Source: an uncultured Rhodopila sp. (lineage in GTDB: Bacteria; Pseudomonadota; Alphaproteobacteria; Acetobacterales; Acetobacteraceae). From it: 64,000 bases of DNA. This document shows positions 31,368 through 41,190 of this stretch, in pieces. Within the stretch, counting starts at the first letter, position 1. Each line of letters starts with the position of its first letter. The stretch is from NCBI GenBank assembly GCA_903932145.1, contig CAIZFE010000051.1, forward strand, positions 4,173 through 68,172. Reading direction: 5' to 3'. The notes beneath the pieces were generated by a model. It saw nothing but the letters and a program-made list of their open reading frames with translations, was not told the origin of the DNA and ran no database searches. A program made the position numbers and the translations under genes.

Positions 31368-32633
31368 CTAATGAGCCGGAGGCGCGGGTGGAGCCGACTT
31401 CAGCAACGTGGACATCAGCGGTCCCAATTCCGGCGGCAACCCAACAATCGTGGTCGGTAGGCGGCCATCGGTCTTTTGTCCAAATGCGCGCAGCGCATCC
31501 GCCGCCGCAAGTGCCTCGATCGTCGCGGTGTAGGGGGCCAGCAGCGCGGCAATCGCCTGATCCTGACTGGCGACGTAACGGCGATTGACGGCTTCCTGGA
31601 CCTCATGGTCGAAGGTGAAGGTGTCAGCGTAGCCTATGAAGTCGAGTGTTATGCCGACTTCGGCGAAATAGGCAGCCGCCTTCTGCTTTACCGCCGTCAT
31701 CACTTGCACGGCTTCTTCGTTGGCCTTGTCGAAGCTGCGCGCGGTGATCTCGTCACAGACGAGAGTTTGAACCTTCTTGCGGCCCACATCGTCCATCACC
31801 TCGGCAAGTTTACGGCTGTAGTAAACCGAGTTGAAGATGATCCGCGGATCGGTCCTGTCGCCGACCGGCGGCACGACGCCGAACCGATACAGATATTTCG
31901 CGGCGTTTGCCTCGGTTACCGACGCGCCGATCGAAACACCAACGGCGATATTGATGCCTTCGCGGCTTTGGCACGGAAAGCCCTCCCGGCGGCGCGAGGT
32001 TCCGCGATCGGCGGCGTCAACCCACTCCCGGCTGAACGGCGTCCGATCGACAATGATCAGCCGGCCGGCCGGCACGTAAAAATCATAGAACGACCCCGAC
32101 CCTTGCAGCTTGGCATGCGTGACGATGAAGCGTTTCAAGGCGACCCGATTGGAGTTCAAATAGGCCTCGGACTCGAACTGCGCCTGGCTGTCCTTGTTGG
32201 CACCCACGTCCGGGATCCAGAAGCCGGATTCGTTCGGCAGGATGGTGTAGGCCTCGGTAAAGTCGGTCTTGTCGTAGTAAGCGGCGGCCGGTTGCGGCAG
32301 CAGACCGGTCAGCACGATCGCTGTCGCGCCCAGCGATGCCAGCAGGCGTTTCAAAACGTCCCACCAGATCCACACCAGAACGCCAAGCAAAGCCAATGCA
32401 GGAATGCCGAGATGGCCAAAAATGTTCATGCCCCAATAGGCTGCAACGAACCCGGAATCGCTGTTCGCGAATTGCTGCCCGGCCGCCGACCCGGCCATGA
32501 TCGTGGCCACCGGATTGAGCAGGAAGTTAACCCAACCATAAACAAGGATCGCCACCACGCTAAGAACGACCCGCCTCATGACACCATTGCCGCCACTTTT
32601 ACCCGCCGGTATCAACGCATTGAAATCATTCAT
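31368..32633 (-). CDS. SPFH/band-7 domain membrane protein
   Basis: Start at MNDFNAL (ATG 32633, AGGAG RBS). N-terminal TM helices then an SPFH-like core (..FDHEVQEAVNRRYVASQD). ORF-track extension to 32876 unsupported. Confidence 0.5.
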   Translation of the reverse strand: MNDFNALIPAGKSGGNGVMRRVVLSVVAILVYGWVNFLLNPVATIMAGSAAGQQFANSDSGFVAAYWGMNIFGHLGIPALALLGVLVWIWWDVLKRLLASLGATAIVLTGLLPQPAAAYYDKTDFTEAYTILPNESGFWIPDVGANKDSQAQFESEAYLNSNRVALKRFIVTHAKLQGSGSFYDFYVPAGRLIIVDRTPFSREWVDAADRGTSRRREGFPCQSREGINIAVGVSIGASVTEANAAKYLYRFGVVPPVGDRTDPRIIFNSVYYSRKLAEVMDDVGRKKVQTLVCDEITARSFDKANEEAVQVMTAVKQKAAAYFAEVGITLDFIGYADTFTFDHEVQEAVNRRYVASQDQAIAALLAPYTATIEALAAADALRAFGQKTDGRLPTTIVGLPPELGPLMSTLLKSAPPAPPAH

Positions 32634-32754
32634 CGCTTCGCTCCTGGTCCGCTGGTGACCATGGTCCGGGCTACGACCGTAACCGTACGATGAAGCAATA
32701 TACGTTTTCCTCGGCGATTTCCAGTGCCAGCCCATCGCGCACGGGATGGTGCTG

Positions 32755-33192
32755 TCACACAGGCTGGGAGAGTGCGTAGGTCGTCGTTGCCTGGGAGATA
32801 AGGCGTCCGGTGGCTTCTTCGGTAATCCGAACCTCAGCGGTAAACAGACGCCGGCCACCGCGCAAAATGGTGGCAACCGCGATCAGCGGCAGAGTCATGG
32901 CCGGGCGGAGGAAGTTGATCGTCATATCGACCGTAACCGCGGCCTCATCCCGCCGGGCGGCGAGGATCAACGCATAGGTCGCGACATCGGCCAGGGCGAA
33001 CTGGATCGGGCCGGCGACACTGCCGCCCGGACGCGTCACATGCTCCCCTTCCCGCAGCCGAACGGCCCCGCGTTCCGGGCTCGCCTCGATCACATCAATG
33101 TTAAAGAGGGGTACTAGAGGTAACCCTTCCTCGATATGCTGCCTGATGTGATCCAACGTCCACAGCGTGTCCGGCGCGTCCAAGCTTGCCAT
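32755..33192 (-). CDS. PaaI-family hotdog-fold thioesterase
   Basis: 145-aa C-terminal portion of ORF 32755..33579. Hotdog motifs (GGSVAGPIQFALADVA; RGGRRLFTAEVRI). Start ATG 33192. Confidence 0.7.
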   Translation of the reverse strand: MASLDAPDTLWTLDHIRQHIEEGLPLVPLFNIDVIEASPERGAVRLREGEHVTRPGGSVAGPIQFALADVATYALILAARRDEAAVTVDMTINFLRPAMTLPLIAVATILRGGRRLFTAEVRITEEATGRLISQATTTYALSQPV

Positions 33193-33267
33193 CCTGTCAT
33201 GCGACTCCCATAGCGGTGCCACGCTATAAGGCACCTGCCGCGCTTCACAACATGGAGAATTCCGCCC

Positions 33268-35433
33268 ATGCCGTTCAAAGTTCAGGTCGGCCCGCCGCAG
33301 ATCGCCATTCATCAGGCCATGACGGTTCTGGTGACCGAGTCCGATGGCCAGATCAATTGGCCGAGCGACAAGGGGCTGTATTTCTTTGATACGCGGTTGA
33401 TCAGCGCGTGGGCGGTTTACGCCAATGGCACAGAGTGGGACCTGCTCAACGGCGGCGCGATGAATTTTGACGCCGCCCGCATTTTCCTGACCAACCGGGC
33501 CTTCCTGACCCAGGACGGGCCGATCGCCGCGCAAACCCTGGCATTCGGGATCGCTCGCGTCCTGACCCACGGACTGCACGAGGACCTCGACTTAACCAAC
33601 CACAGCCAAAAGCCGGTACGGTTCAATCTGGAGATCGCTCTACGATCCGACTTCGCGGACGTGTTCGACGTCAAATCGAAGCGCGACATCCGCCGCGGTC
33701 ACATCACCTCCGACTGGTCGGAGGCCCGGCAGACATTGCGAACAACATACACCAACGCCGACTTTACCCGTGCGGTCGGAGTGACCGCCGGACGCAGCGA
33801 TTCGCCCGCCGTGTTCGCCAATGGCCGGCTGAGCTTCGAGGTGAAGCTGCCGCCGGGCGGGACATGGCATTGCTGCCTGCTGTATGAATTCACCGACGGC
33901 GATAAACATTATCGGGCGGGAGCATCTTGCGCCGAATATGCGGATACGTCGGCACAGGCGCAGGCGCACCGGGACTGGCGCCAGACCGTGCTGAAAGTGC
34001 GCACCAGCAACGAGGAATTCTACCGGTTTTACCACCAGGCCATCGACGATATGGCCTCCTTGAGGCTGCCGATCGAAGGCACCGGCCATATGGAATTCCT
34101 GCCCGCCGCCGGCCTGCCCTGGTTCATGGCGCCGTTCGGCCGCGACAGCCTGATCGTTTCATTACAGAACATTCTGGTCTATCCCGAATTCGCCCGCGGC
34201 TCGCTGGAGGTGCTCGGACGCTGGCAATGCAAGCAGCGCGACGATTTCCGCGATGCCGAACCGGGCAAGATCATGCACGAGCTTCGTTATGGCGAACTGG
34301 CGCATTTTAAGTTGATTCCGCACACGCCGTATTACGGCACAGCCGATGCCACGCCGTTGTATTTGATTACGCTGCATGCGGCGTGGCGTGCGACCGGCGA
34401 TAAGACTTTGCTGGAGAAATACCTGCCGAATGCCGAGGCGGCGCTGGACTGGATTGACAACGATGGCGACCGCGACGGCGATCTGTTCCAGGAGTATCAA
34501 ACACGCTCGCCGGTTGGATACGAGAACATGGCCTGGAAAGACGCCGGCGATTCGATGACGTATTCCGATGGCTCGCCGGTGCGCGGCCCCAAGGCGCTGT
34601 GCGAACTGCAAGGCTATGTCTATGACGCCTGGGTTCGCATGGCCGAGGTTTTTGATGCCCTGGGCCAACCGGATCGCGCGAAGGCATTGCGGACGAAGGC
34701 CGCAGCTTTGTTCAAGAAATTCAACGAAGCCTTCTGGGATGAAAACAGCGGTTTCTATGCCTATATGCTGGACGGCGAGAAACGGAAGGTGATGACCGTT
34801 GCATCCAATCCCGGCCATTTGCTGTGGTCGGGCATCGTGCCGGCGGATCGCGCGGCCCGCGTGGTGGCTCGGTTGATGGCGCCGGACATGAACTCGGGCT
34901 GGGGCATTCGCACTTTGTCCAGCAAACATCCCGCCTACAACCCGTACTCCTATCAGAACGGGTCCGTTTGGCCGCACGACAACAGCCTGATCGCGCTGGG
35001 TTTCAAACGCTACGGATTTAGCGCGGAGGCAGGCCAGATTGCGCGCGATATCAGTGACGCGGCGAGCCATTTCCTGCTGAACCAGTTACCGGAACTCTAT
35101 GCCGGCGTGCAACGTAACGGCGGCAATTTTCCGGTGCAGTATCTTGGCGCGAACGTGCCGCAGGCGTGGGCCGCCGGGTCGTGCTTCGCGTTGCTGCAGG
35201 CGATGCTGGGTATTCAGTCGGACGCGCCAAACGACCGGCTTTATGTCGATCCTGATCTGCCGGCGTGGCTGCCGGATATTACTTTGCTGGATTTGCGGCT
35301 CGGACACAGGCATCTGGACATCCGTTTCTGGCGTGAGGGCGAGAAAACGGCGTGGGAGGTGTTGCGCGGTGATGCCAAGGTGGTTGTGTATCGCAGTTCG
35401 GTGGAGGCACGCGAAGCCTTGTGCGTGGTCTGA
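33268..35433 (+). CDS. Amylo-alpha-1,6-glucosidase / glycogen-debranching-enzyme-type protein (GDE N-terminal + GDE_C six-hairpin glycosidase)
   Basis: 721 aa. N-terminal pattern (GLYFFDTRLIS) and (alpha/alpha)6 C-terminal domain typical of bacterial/archaeal GDE-like proteins. Confidence 0.75.
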   Translation: MPFKVQVGPPQIAIHQAMTVLVTESDGQINWPSDKGLYFFDTRLISAWAVYANGTEWDLLNGGAMNFDAARIFLTNRAFLTQDGPIAAQTLAFGIARVLTHGLHEDLDLTNHSQKPVRFNLEIALRSDFADVFDVKSKRDIRRGHITSDWSEARQTLRTTYTNADFTRAVGVTAGRSDSPAVFANGRLSFEVKLPPGGTWHCCLLYEFTDGDKHYRAGASCAEYADTSAQAQAHRDWRQTVLKVRTSNEEFYRFYHQAIDDMASLRLPIEGTGHMEFLPAAGLPWFMAPFGRDSLIVSLQNILVYPEFARGSLEVLGRWQCKQRDDFRDAEPGKIMHELRYGELAHFKLIPHTPYYGTADATPLYLITLHAAWRATGDKTLLEKYLPNAEAALDWIDNDGDRDGDLFQEYQTRSPVGYENMAWKDAGDSMTYSDGSPVRGPKALCELQGYVYDAWVRMAEVFDALGQPDRAKALRTKAAALFKKFNEAFWDENSGFYAYMLDGEKRKVMTVASNPGHLLWSGIVPADRAARVVARLMAPDMNSGWGIRTLSSKHPAYNPYSYQNGSVWPHDNSLIALGFKRYGFSAEAGQIARDISDAASHFLLNQLPELYAGVQRNGGNFPVQYLGANVPQAWAAGSCFALLQAMLGIQSDAPNDRLYVDPDLPAWLPDITLLDLRLGHRHLDIRFWREGEKTAWEVLRGDAKVVVYRSSVEAREALCVV

Positions 35434-35622
35434 TCAGGGTCATTGAGCCAGAGCCTGACCGGTCCGCGCCGTTGCAAATTGCTCACCGGCCAGCGCCGGT
35501 CCGCAGGGATGCGCTTACCTGATCGCCCTGGCAAACCGGCGGAATCGACATCTTTTGGACTACGGCACTACAGTCGCGCCAGAGCGCGCAGGCGCGGCAC
35601 GCCCTGGCAGGAGGAAGATCCC

Positions 35623-36699
35623 ATGAAGGTCTCTTACTTCGAAACCGGCCGCTACAATGCTCCACCCGACCTGCCGCGCGAATGGCCGGTGCCATCGTCT
35701 GCGTATGACCCTGAAACCGGCACCGCGGCCCTGCGCGGCATGGCTGAGCGGGTGAGGTTCGTCGAAAAACTGGGATTTGATTGGGTCAGCCTGTCTGAGC
35801 ACCATTACTCCCCGCGTATTCTGACGCCGTCGCCGGTTGTCTCCGCCGCCTGGCTCGCTGCCCGCGTTGACACTATCAAAATCGCCCTACTCGCCCCGAT
35901 CGTGCCGATCAGCAATTCGATCCGCGTGGCCGAGGAGATGGCGATGCTTGATGCGCTGGCGCCAGGGCGCATCATCTTCGGGATGCTGCGCGGCACGACC
36001 AACGAATACCTCAGCTACGACCTGAATCCGAAAGAAGCGCGCCCACGCACTGACGAAGGCATGGAGCTGATCCTCAAAGCATGGACCGAGCCGCAGCCGT
36101 TCGGCTGGCAGGGGCGGCATTTTCAATACCGGACAGTCTCGATCTGGCCGCGCCCAAGGCAACCGCTGCCGCCGACTTACGTGCTGGGCACAAGCGCCGA
36201 GGGCGGGGCGTTCGCGGCGCGACACCACCTGGGACTGGGCCTGTCCTACGGGCCGTTCGATGCGATGGGTCGGGCGTCCGCCTATTACCGGCAGCAATGC
36301 GCGCGGTATGGCTGGGCGCCAGGGCCGGATGACATCATCTACCGAGCGAACATGATCCTGGGCGAAACCGACGCGGCGGCCGAGGACGCCCTGAACCGCC
36401 GCGACAAGCAGGCGCCGTTCCCGGTGCGCCCCGGGTTGCGCGATGCGCTGGTCGAGGCCGACACGTCTCGCAACATCGCGGGACAAAGGCAGCGCGCCAA
36501 TGTCGGCGGGGTGCTGCCGATCAGCTTCTGCGGCGGTCCCGACCGCGTGATCGAACAGATCCGCCGCGCTCGGGAGGAGATGGGTGTCGGTGTGCTTGAC
36601 CTGTCGCTGTCGGACCCCGGCACAGGTAGTCTCGATACGACAATGAGCGGGCTTGAGCTGTTCGGGCGCAAAGTCCTGCCGCATATTCGCGACATTTGA
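35623..36699 (+). CDS. LLM-class flavin-dependent oxidoreductase
   Basis: Start ATG 35623 with GGAGGAAG RBS. LLM motifs (WVSLSEHHY; GRIIFGMLRGT). Confidence 0.8.
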   Translation: MKVSYFETGRYNAPPDLPREWPVPSSAYDPETGTAALRGMAERVRFVEKLGFDWVSLSEHHYSPRILTPSPVVSAAWLAARVDTIKIALLAPIVPISNSIRVAEEMAMLDALAPGRIIFGMLRGTTNEYLSYDLNPKEARPRTDEGMELILKAWTEPQPFGWQGRHFQYRTVSIWPRPRQPLPPTYVLGTSAEGGAFAARHHLGLGLSYGPFDAMGRASAYYRQQCARYGWAPGPDDIIYRANMILGETDAAAEDALNRRDKQAPFPVRPGLRDALVEADTSRNIAGQRQRANVGGVLPISFCGGPDRVIEQIRRAREEMGVGVLDLSLSDPGTGSLDTTMSGLELFGRKVLPHIRDI

Positions 36700-37511
36700 C
36701 CAGGAGGCGGATCGTGGCACAGGACCAAACTGCCGGCGCGGCCTTCCGCGAAGGATTCGTCAATGCAAGCGGTTGCCGTATTCGTTACATGGAGGCAGGG
36801 ACCGGGCCTACGCTGATTCACCTGCACGGAGCCGGCGGCCTGTGGCTGACCCCGGCGCATGACCTGCTGAGCCGGCACCACCGGGTCATCGCGTTCGAGA
36901 TGGCCGGTTTCGGATCATCGGCGGAGACCATACGATTCGAAACGATGCCGGACCTTGCCACTGTCATGGCGGAGGCGGTGGCTAATCTGGGGATCGACCG
37001 GTTCAACCTGCTCGGCAGCTCATTCGGCGGCAAGGTCGCCCTTTGGCTGGCAGTGCAGCACCCCGAACGTGTGCTCGCTCTGGTGTTGGAGGCACCGTCG
37101 GCGATCCGTCCGGTCGGGTCCCCACCACCGTCAGGGTCGCCGGAAGACATGGCTCGGCGATTGTTCGCGCATCCCGAACGGCACGACCCGCCTCCGGTGC
37201 CTGAGCCAGACGTGCTGGCGATGGTGGGGCGTTTACGCGGTCCCGAACGGGATACGGCGCTGGAGGTTCGGATGCGCGATCTGGAAACCCCGACGCTGGT
37301 GCTGTTTGGCACGCTGGATCATGTGATCCCGCCGGAAATGGGCCGTTTCTACAAGGAACTGCTGCCGAACTGTCACCTGGTGTTCGTTTACGACGCGGGT
37401 CACGTGATCAGCACCGAACGGCCGGAAGCGTTTGCCGAAGTGACGGCCGATTTCCTTGAGCGGCACGAGGCATTTGTGATCAGTCGTACGGAGACAGTCA
37501 TCAATCCCTAG
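36696..37511 (+). CDS. Alpha/beta-fold hydrolase
   Basis: HGAGG oxyanion region, nucleophile elbow GSSFGG, C-terminal His. Start overlaps the LLM stop (ATGA). Confidence 0.8.
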   Translation: MTRRRIVAQDQTAGAAFREGFVNASGCRIRYMEAGTGPTLIHLHGAGGLWLTPAHDLLSRHHRVIAFEMAGFGSSAETIRFETMPDLATVMAEAVANLGIDRFNLLGSSFGGKVALWLAVQHPERVLALVLEAPSAIRPVGSPPPSGSPEDMARRLFAHPERHDPPPVPEPDVLAMVGRLRGPERDTALEVRMRDLETPTLVLFGTLDHVIPPEMGRFYKELLPNCHLVFVYDAGHVISTERPEAFAEVTADFLERHEAFVISRTETVINP

Positions 37512-37524
37512 ACCATAGGGCTGC

Positions 37525-37896
37525 CTATGCAACCCGCCTCAAATCGTATTCCGACACCAACACCTCCGCCGGCAAACTCAGCAATGGGCCGAGCGATCGG
37601 ATCATGGGTAATGTCAAGGCACGTCGCCGGTTCAGTATCTCCGCCACCCGAGCCCGGCTTCCAATAGCTGGCTCCAAATCGCGGCGGGTCAGGCATTTCT
37701 GTTCCATCATAAAAATGATAGCGGCGATGGGATCAGGCGCTTCGACTGGCACATGCCTGGATTCCCAGGCCTCCACCAGACTGACCAGCACGTCCAGCCG
37801 ATCACCTTCGGGCGTATCAGCCTCGGCTGCCATCAATGACCCTATTTCCGCCAGCGCGGCATGATGATCCTCGACGGTGCGTAACGGCCGCACCAT
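37525..37896 (-). CDS. higA: HigA-family antitoxin (XRE-HTH)
   Basis: Start MVRPLRTVEDHHAALAEIGSLM (classic HigA N-terminus). HTH at the C-terminus. Immediately downstream of higB. Confidence 0.7.
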   Translation of the reverse strand: MVRPLRTVEDHHAALAEIGSLMAAEADTPEGDRLDVLVSLVEAWESRHVPVEAPDPIAAIIFMMEQKCLTRRDLEPAIGSRARVAEILNRRRALTLPMIRSLGPLLSLPAEVLVSEYDLRRVA

Positions 37897-37909
37897 GACT
37901 CCATCGCGC

Positions 37910-38209
37910 TCAGATCGTCCTGGCATCGATGCCGTCATATTGGCGATGGGTGCCGATAAAGCGCACATAGACCACTCCGTAATGAAAATTTGTCCAGGTT
38001 ACCAGGCGATATTTGTTGCCGCCGATATCGAACACAACCCGCCCGTCGCCCAGGATATCCGCACTGTTGAACATCGCCTTGATCGCCACCGGATTGGACC
38101 ACGAGGCGGCCCGCACGACACGGACCCAGGTTCGCAGCGGCTGCTCGGCATCACGATGCTCCGGGACCTCCCAAAACGCCTTCAAGGTCGCGACCGAGAT
38201 GATCCGCAT
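37910..38209 (-). CDS. higB: HigB-family type II toxin (RelE/ParE superfamily mRNA interferase)
   Basis: MRIISVATLKAFWE...GNKYRLV...YVRFIGTHRQYD is highly characteristic of HigB. Start ATG 38209. Confidence 0.75.
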   Translation of the reverse strand: MRIISVATLKAFWEVPEHRDAEQPLRTWVRVVRAASWSNPVAIKAMFNSADILGDGRVVFDIGGNKYRLVTWTNFHYGVVYVRFIGTHRQYDGIDARTI

Positions 38210-38310
38210 CCTAAGAATGTAGATCGCTCCCACAGCGGGAGCAAGACAAATTGCACCGGCTTTCGCCTCCCGCTACAGTCTTTCCCGCACGCTAATTTGG
38301 GGGAAACACC

Positions 38311-39405
38311 ATGAAAATCACCAGTTTCGACGCCACCACGCTCCGCGTTCCAGAGGACGATCCCCTGGCCAACATGCCGGAAGAGGCCGGCCGCACTCGC
38401 CCCGTCGTCATCCTGCGCCTGCGCACCGACAGCGGGATCGAGGGCATCGGCCTGACCTTCTACGGCGGCAAAATGACCGGCAGCCTGCGCGTCGCGGTGG
38501 AGGAACTCGCGGCACTCACCATCGGCGAGGACCCGCTGCGGATTGAGAGGATCATTGCTAAACTGCGTGCCGGCACCGGGGATTCCTGCGGTCCCGGCGG
38601 CATCTTCACGTTGGCGCTGTCGGCCATCGACATCGCCTTGTGGGACATCAAGGGCAAGGCGCTGGATCAGCCGCTGTGGAAGCTGCTGGGCGGTCACCGC
38701 GATCGGGTGGCGACCTATGCCTCGGGTTCATTGCGGCGCGGCCTGACCGATAACCAGGCGCAACGGGCGGCACAGATCCTGGTTCAGAAGGGCTTCACCG
38801 AAATGAAGACCCAGATGGCGCTGCCCGGCAACCCGACGCCGGCCGAGGAAGTCCGCCGGGTGCGCGTGGTGAGGGAAGCGATCGGGCCGGACATCAAACT
38901 GATGTGCGACATCAACCAACGCTGGCGCCCGGAACAGGCCATCGACATCGGTAGCCGGTGTGAGGATGTCGGTCTGTTCTGGCTCGAGGACGTTACTGCG
39001 GCAGACGATTATGCCGGTCTCGCCCGCGTCACCGCGGCGCTGAAAACCCCGGTTGCCGGTGGCGAATATGTGTGGGGCATCGTCCCGTTCCGCCACATGA
39101 TTGAGGCTCGGTCGGTCGATATCGTCATGATCGACATCTGCCGCGTCGGTGGTGTGTCGCAATGGATGAAGGTCGCGGGCATGGCCGAGGCGTTCAACCT
39201 GCCGGTCGTCAGCCATGTCATGCCGGAAATCCTGGTGCATATGGTCGCCGCGTGCCCGAATGGGCTGACCGTCGAATACATGCCGTGGATGCTGGCGCTG
39301 TACGAAGAAACGCCGGCGATCGAGAATGGGCAATTGGTGCTGCCAAACACGCCGGGCCTCGGGTTGAAGTTCGACGAAAAGGCGATTGCCGCGTTCAAGG
39401 CGTAG
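38311..39405 (+). CDS. Enolase-superfamily enzyme (mandelate racemase/muconate lactonizing enzyme family; sugar-acid dehydratase/cycloisomerase-like)
   Basis: 364 aa. MR/MLE N-terminal capping domain plus TIM barrel with metal ligands (D...E...D). Confidence 0.85.
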   Translation: MKITSFDATTLRVPEDDPLANMPEEAGRTRPVVILRLRTDSGIEGIGLTFYGGKMTGSLRVAVEELAALTIGEDPLRIERIIAKLRAGTGDSCGPGGIFTLALSAIDIALWDIKGKALDQPLWKLLGGHRDRVATYASGSLRRGLTDNQAQRAAQILVQKGFTEMKTQMALPGNPTPAEEVRRVRVVREAIGPDIKLMCDINQRWRPEQAIDIGSRCEDVGLFWLEDVTAADDYAGLARVTAALKTPVAGGEYVWGIVPFRHMIEARSVDIVMIDICRVGGVSQWMKVAGMAEAFNLPVVSHVMPEILVHMVAACPNGLTVEYMPWMLALYEETPAIENGQLVLPNTPGLGLKFDEKAIAAFKA

Positions 39406-39488
39406 CACGGCTCGGGTTTTGCTTGATGCGGCGTGGGACGTATGCTATTGATATGGATATCAAGCGTCCCACCTGCGGAAGTGCGACC

Positions 39489-39755
39489 ATGCCGACGCAA
39501 CAACTCCTCCTGCGCCTACCGGATGATTTAGTTCGGCGATTCAAGCAGATCGTGCCAGCCCGTGAACGCAGTGCGTTCGTGCGGCAGTTGTTGGAACAGG
39601 CGCTGCCTTCGGCTGATAGCGACAACGACCCGCTTTATCTGGCGGCGCTCGCGGTCGAGCAGGATACGGTGCTTGGTGCGGAAATGGCCGAGTGGGAAGC
39701 GGCGACCCTCGACGATGGTTGGAACGAGACACCTCCCGTTGGCCGGCACCCGTGA
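39489..39755 (+). CDS. Ribbon-helix-helix (CopG/MazE-like) antitoxin
   Basis: N-terminal LLLRLPDDLVRRFKQIV RHH motif. Stop abuts the toxin ATG. Alternative start 39453. Confidence 0.6.
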   Translation: MPTQQLLLRLPDDLVRRFKQIVPARERSAFVRQLLEQALPSADSDNDPLYLAALAVEQDTVLGAEMAEWEAATLDDGWNETPPVGRHP

Positions 39756-40097
39756 ATGGCGCATGCCCCGGTGGAAGTCCGTCGAGGATCGATCTGGTGG
39801 GTTGAGCTTGATCCGGCCCGAGGCGCCGAAATCCAGAAAACGCGGCCAGCGGTTGTACTCACAGCCGATGGGTTGAACCGGGTGCGACGCACGGTCGTAG
39901 TGGTCCCGCTGTCCACCGGTCCGGCGCCGCGACCTCCCGTGGTCGTCGCGGTTTCCTCTGCAGGTGAGGGTTCGGTGGCCGTATGCGACCAGATTCGGGC
40001 TGTGGATAAATCGCGCCTGACGCGTGGCGGCAGAGCGTTGTCGCGAGAGGATTTGCGGGCGGTCGAGGCCGGCGTGCGAGCTGTTTTGGTCTTGTAA
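39756..40097 (+). CDS. MazF/PemK-family type II toxin endoribonuclease
   Basis: RGSIWWVELDPARGAEIQKTRPAVVL...VVVPLST...VAVCDQIRAVDKSRL is a canonical PemK/MazF signature. Confidence 0.8.
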   Translation: MAHAPVEVRRGSIWWVELDPARGAEIQKTRPAVVLTADGLNRVRRTVVVVPLSTGPAPRPPVVVAVSSAGEGSVAVCDQIRAVDKSRLTRGGRALSREDLRAVEAGVRAVLVL

Positions 40098-40252
40098 TTC
40101 CCGCACGCGACTAAGACCGACTGTGACATGGCTGGCATAGTGATGTAACGTCCGCCTGACCGTCGATCGAAGGCCCCGACAAACGATGAAACAAGACAGT
40201 CTTCGTTATTCGGTAACGGCTCGCCTTGTGGTACGACGCAGGCTTTATCCCT

Positions 40253-41092
40253 TCATCCCGCCTTGACCCTGTAAAGGCCGACCGGGTTGTCCCAGAACGC
40301 CTTTCCGGCCAATTCCGATCCAAGGACTGTCTCCACCAGATCAATGTCGGACGGTTGGAACGGCCGCTGTGCCCGCGTCGATGGGATGTCGGTGCCGAAA
40401 ACCAGCGCACGCGGGTTGGACCTCGCGATGGCTTCCAACGCCGCTGGCACATCAAGCTTCACTCGTCCGAACCCCGTCGCCTTCACCTTGCAACCGGCAG
40501 CGACGAGTTCGAGCAGAACCGGCACGCCGGCCTCGGTCATGCCGAGATGATCGATCGAGATTTGCGGCAGTTTCGACAGCGCGCCTATATGCGGCCGCAA
40601 CGCAGCAGCATCGACATAAAGTTCGGAATGCCAGCCCGCGACGGCATGCACACGCTTCGCCATCGTCACGAGGTCATCGACGCTATCGATCTGGCCCCGA
40701 AAAAGATTGAAGCGCACGCCGCGCACGCCAAGCGCATCGAGCCTGACGATCTCGGCGTCGGGGCAGTCGTTCGGAAGTTGCGTCACGCCCACCCAACCGG
40801 CGCCCAGTTTCGGCAACACGTCGATCAGCCAGGTCTGGTCGTTCGCCTGGAACGAACCCGACACAACGGCTCCAGCCACGACACCGAGCGGCCGTGCCTG
40901 CGCGAGATAGGCGTCGAGCGGAAAGTCCGGCGGCGAGTAGCCCTGGTTCGCCACGATCGGAAAGCGATGGTCGATGATATGACAATGACTGTCGAAAATC
41001 CGCCGTCCGCCCCACGCAGGGGCGGCGGAAAGCCCGGATCTGGCCACGACGGCCGCCGCGCCGCCGAGGACTTGACGCCGGTCCAACCTCAT
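40253..41092 (-). CDS. Amidohydrolase-2 family metal-dependent TIM-barrel hydrolase, Tat-secreted
   Basis: Start MRLDRRQVLGGAAAVVA (twin-arginine signal). HxH motif DSHCHI. 279 aa. ORF-track extension to 41575 rejected. Confidence 0.75.
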   Translation of the reverse strand: MRLDRRQVLGGAAAVVARSGLSAAPAWGGRRIFDSHCHIIDHRFPIVANQGYSPPDFPLDAYLAQARPLGVVAGAVVSGSFQANDQTWLIDVLPKLGAGWVGVTQLPNDCPDAEIVRLDALGVRGVRFNLFRGQIDSVDDLVTMAKRVHAVAGWHSELYVDAAALRPHIGALSKLPQISIDHLGMTEAGVPVLLELVAAGCKVKATGFGRVKLDVPAALEAIARSNPRALVFGTDIPSTRAQRPFQPSDIDLVETVLGSELAGKAFWDNPVGLYRVKAG

Positions 41093-41190
41093 GGCTCGCG
41101 TTTCATGCCCCAAGGAACACCGCCGTTCCGGTATGAAGTGTCGCGCGTTTGCGCCCGTCCGACAAGACAAGCCGGCGCGGCCTGCACAGG

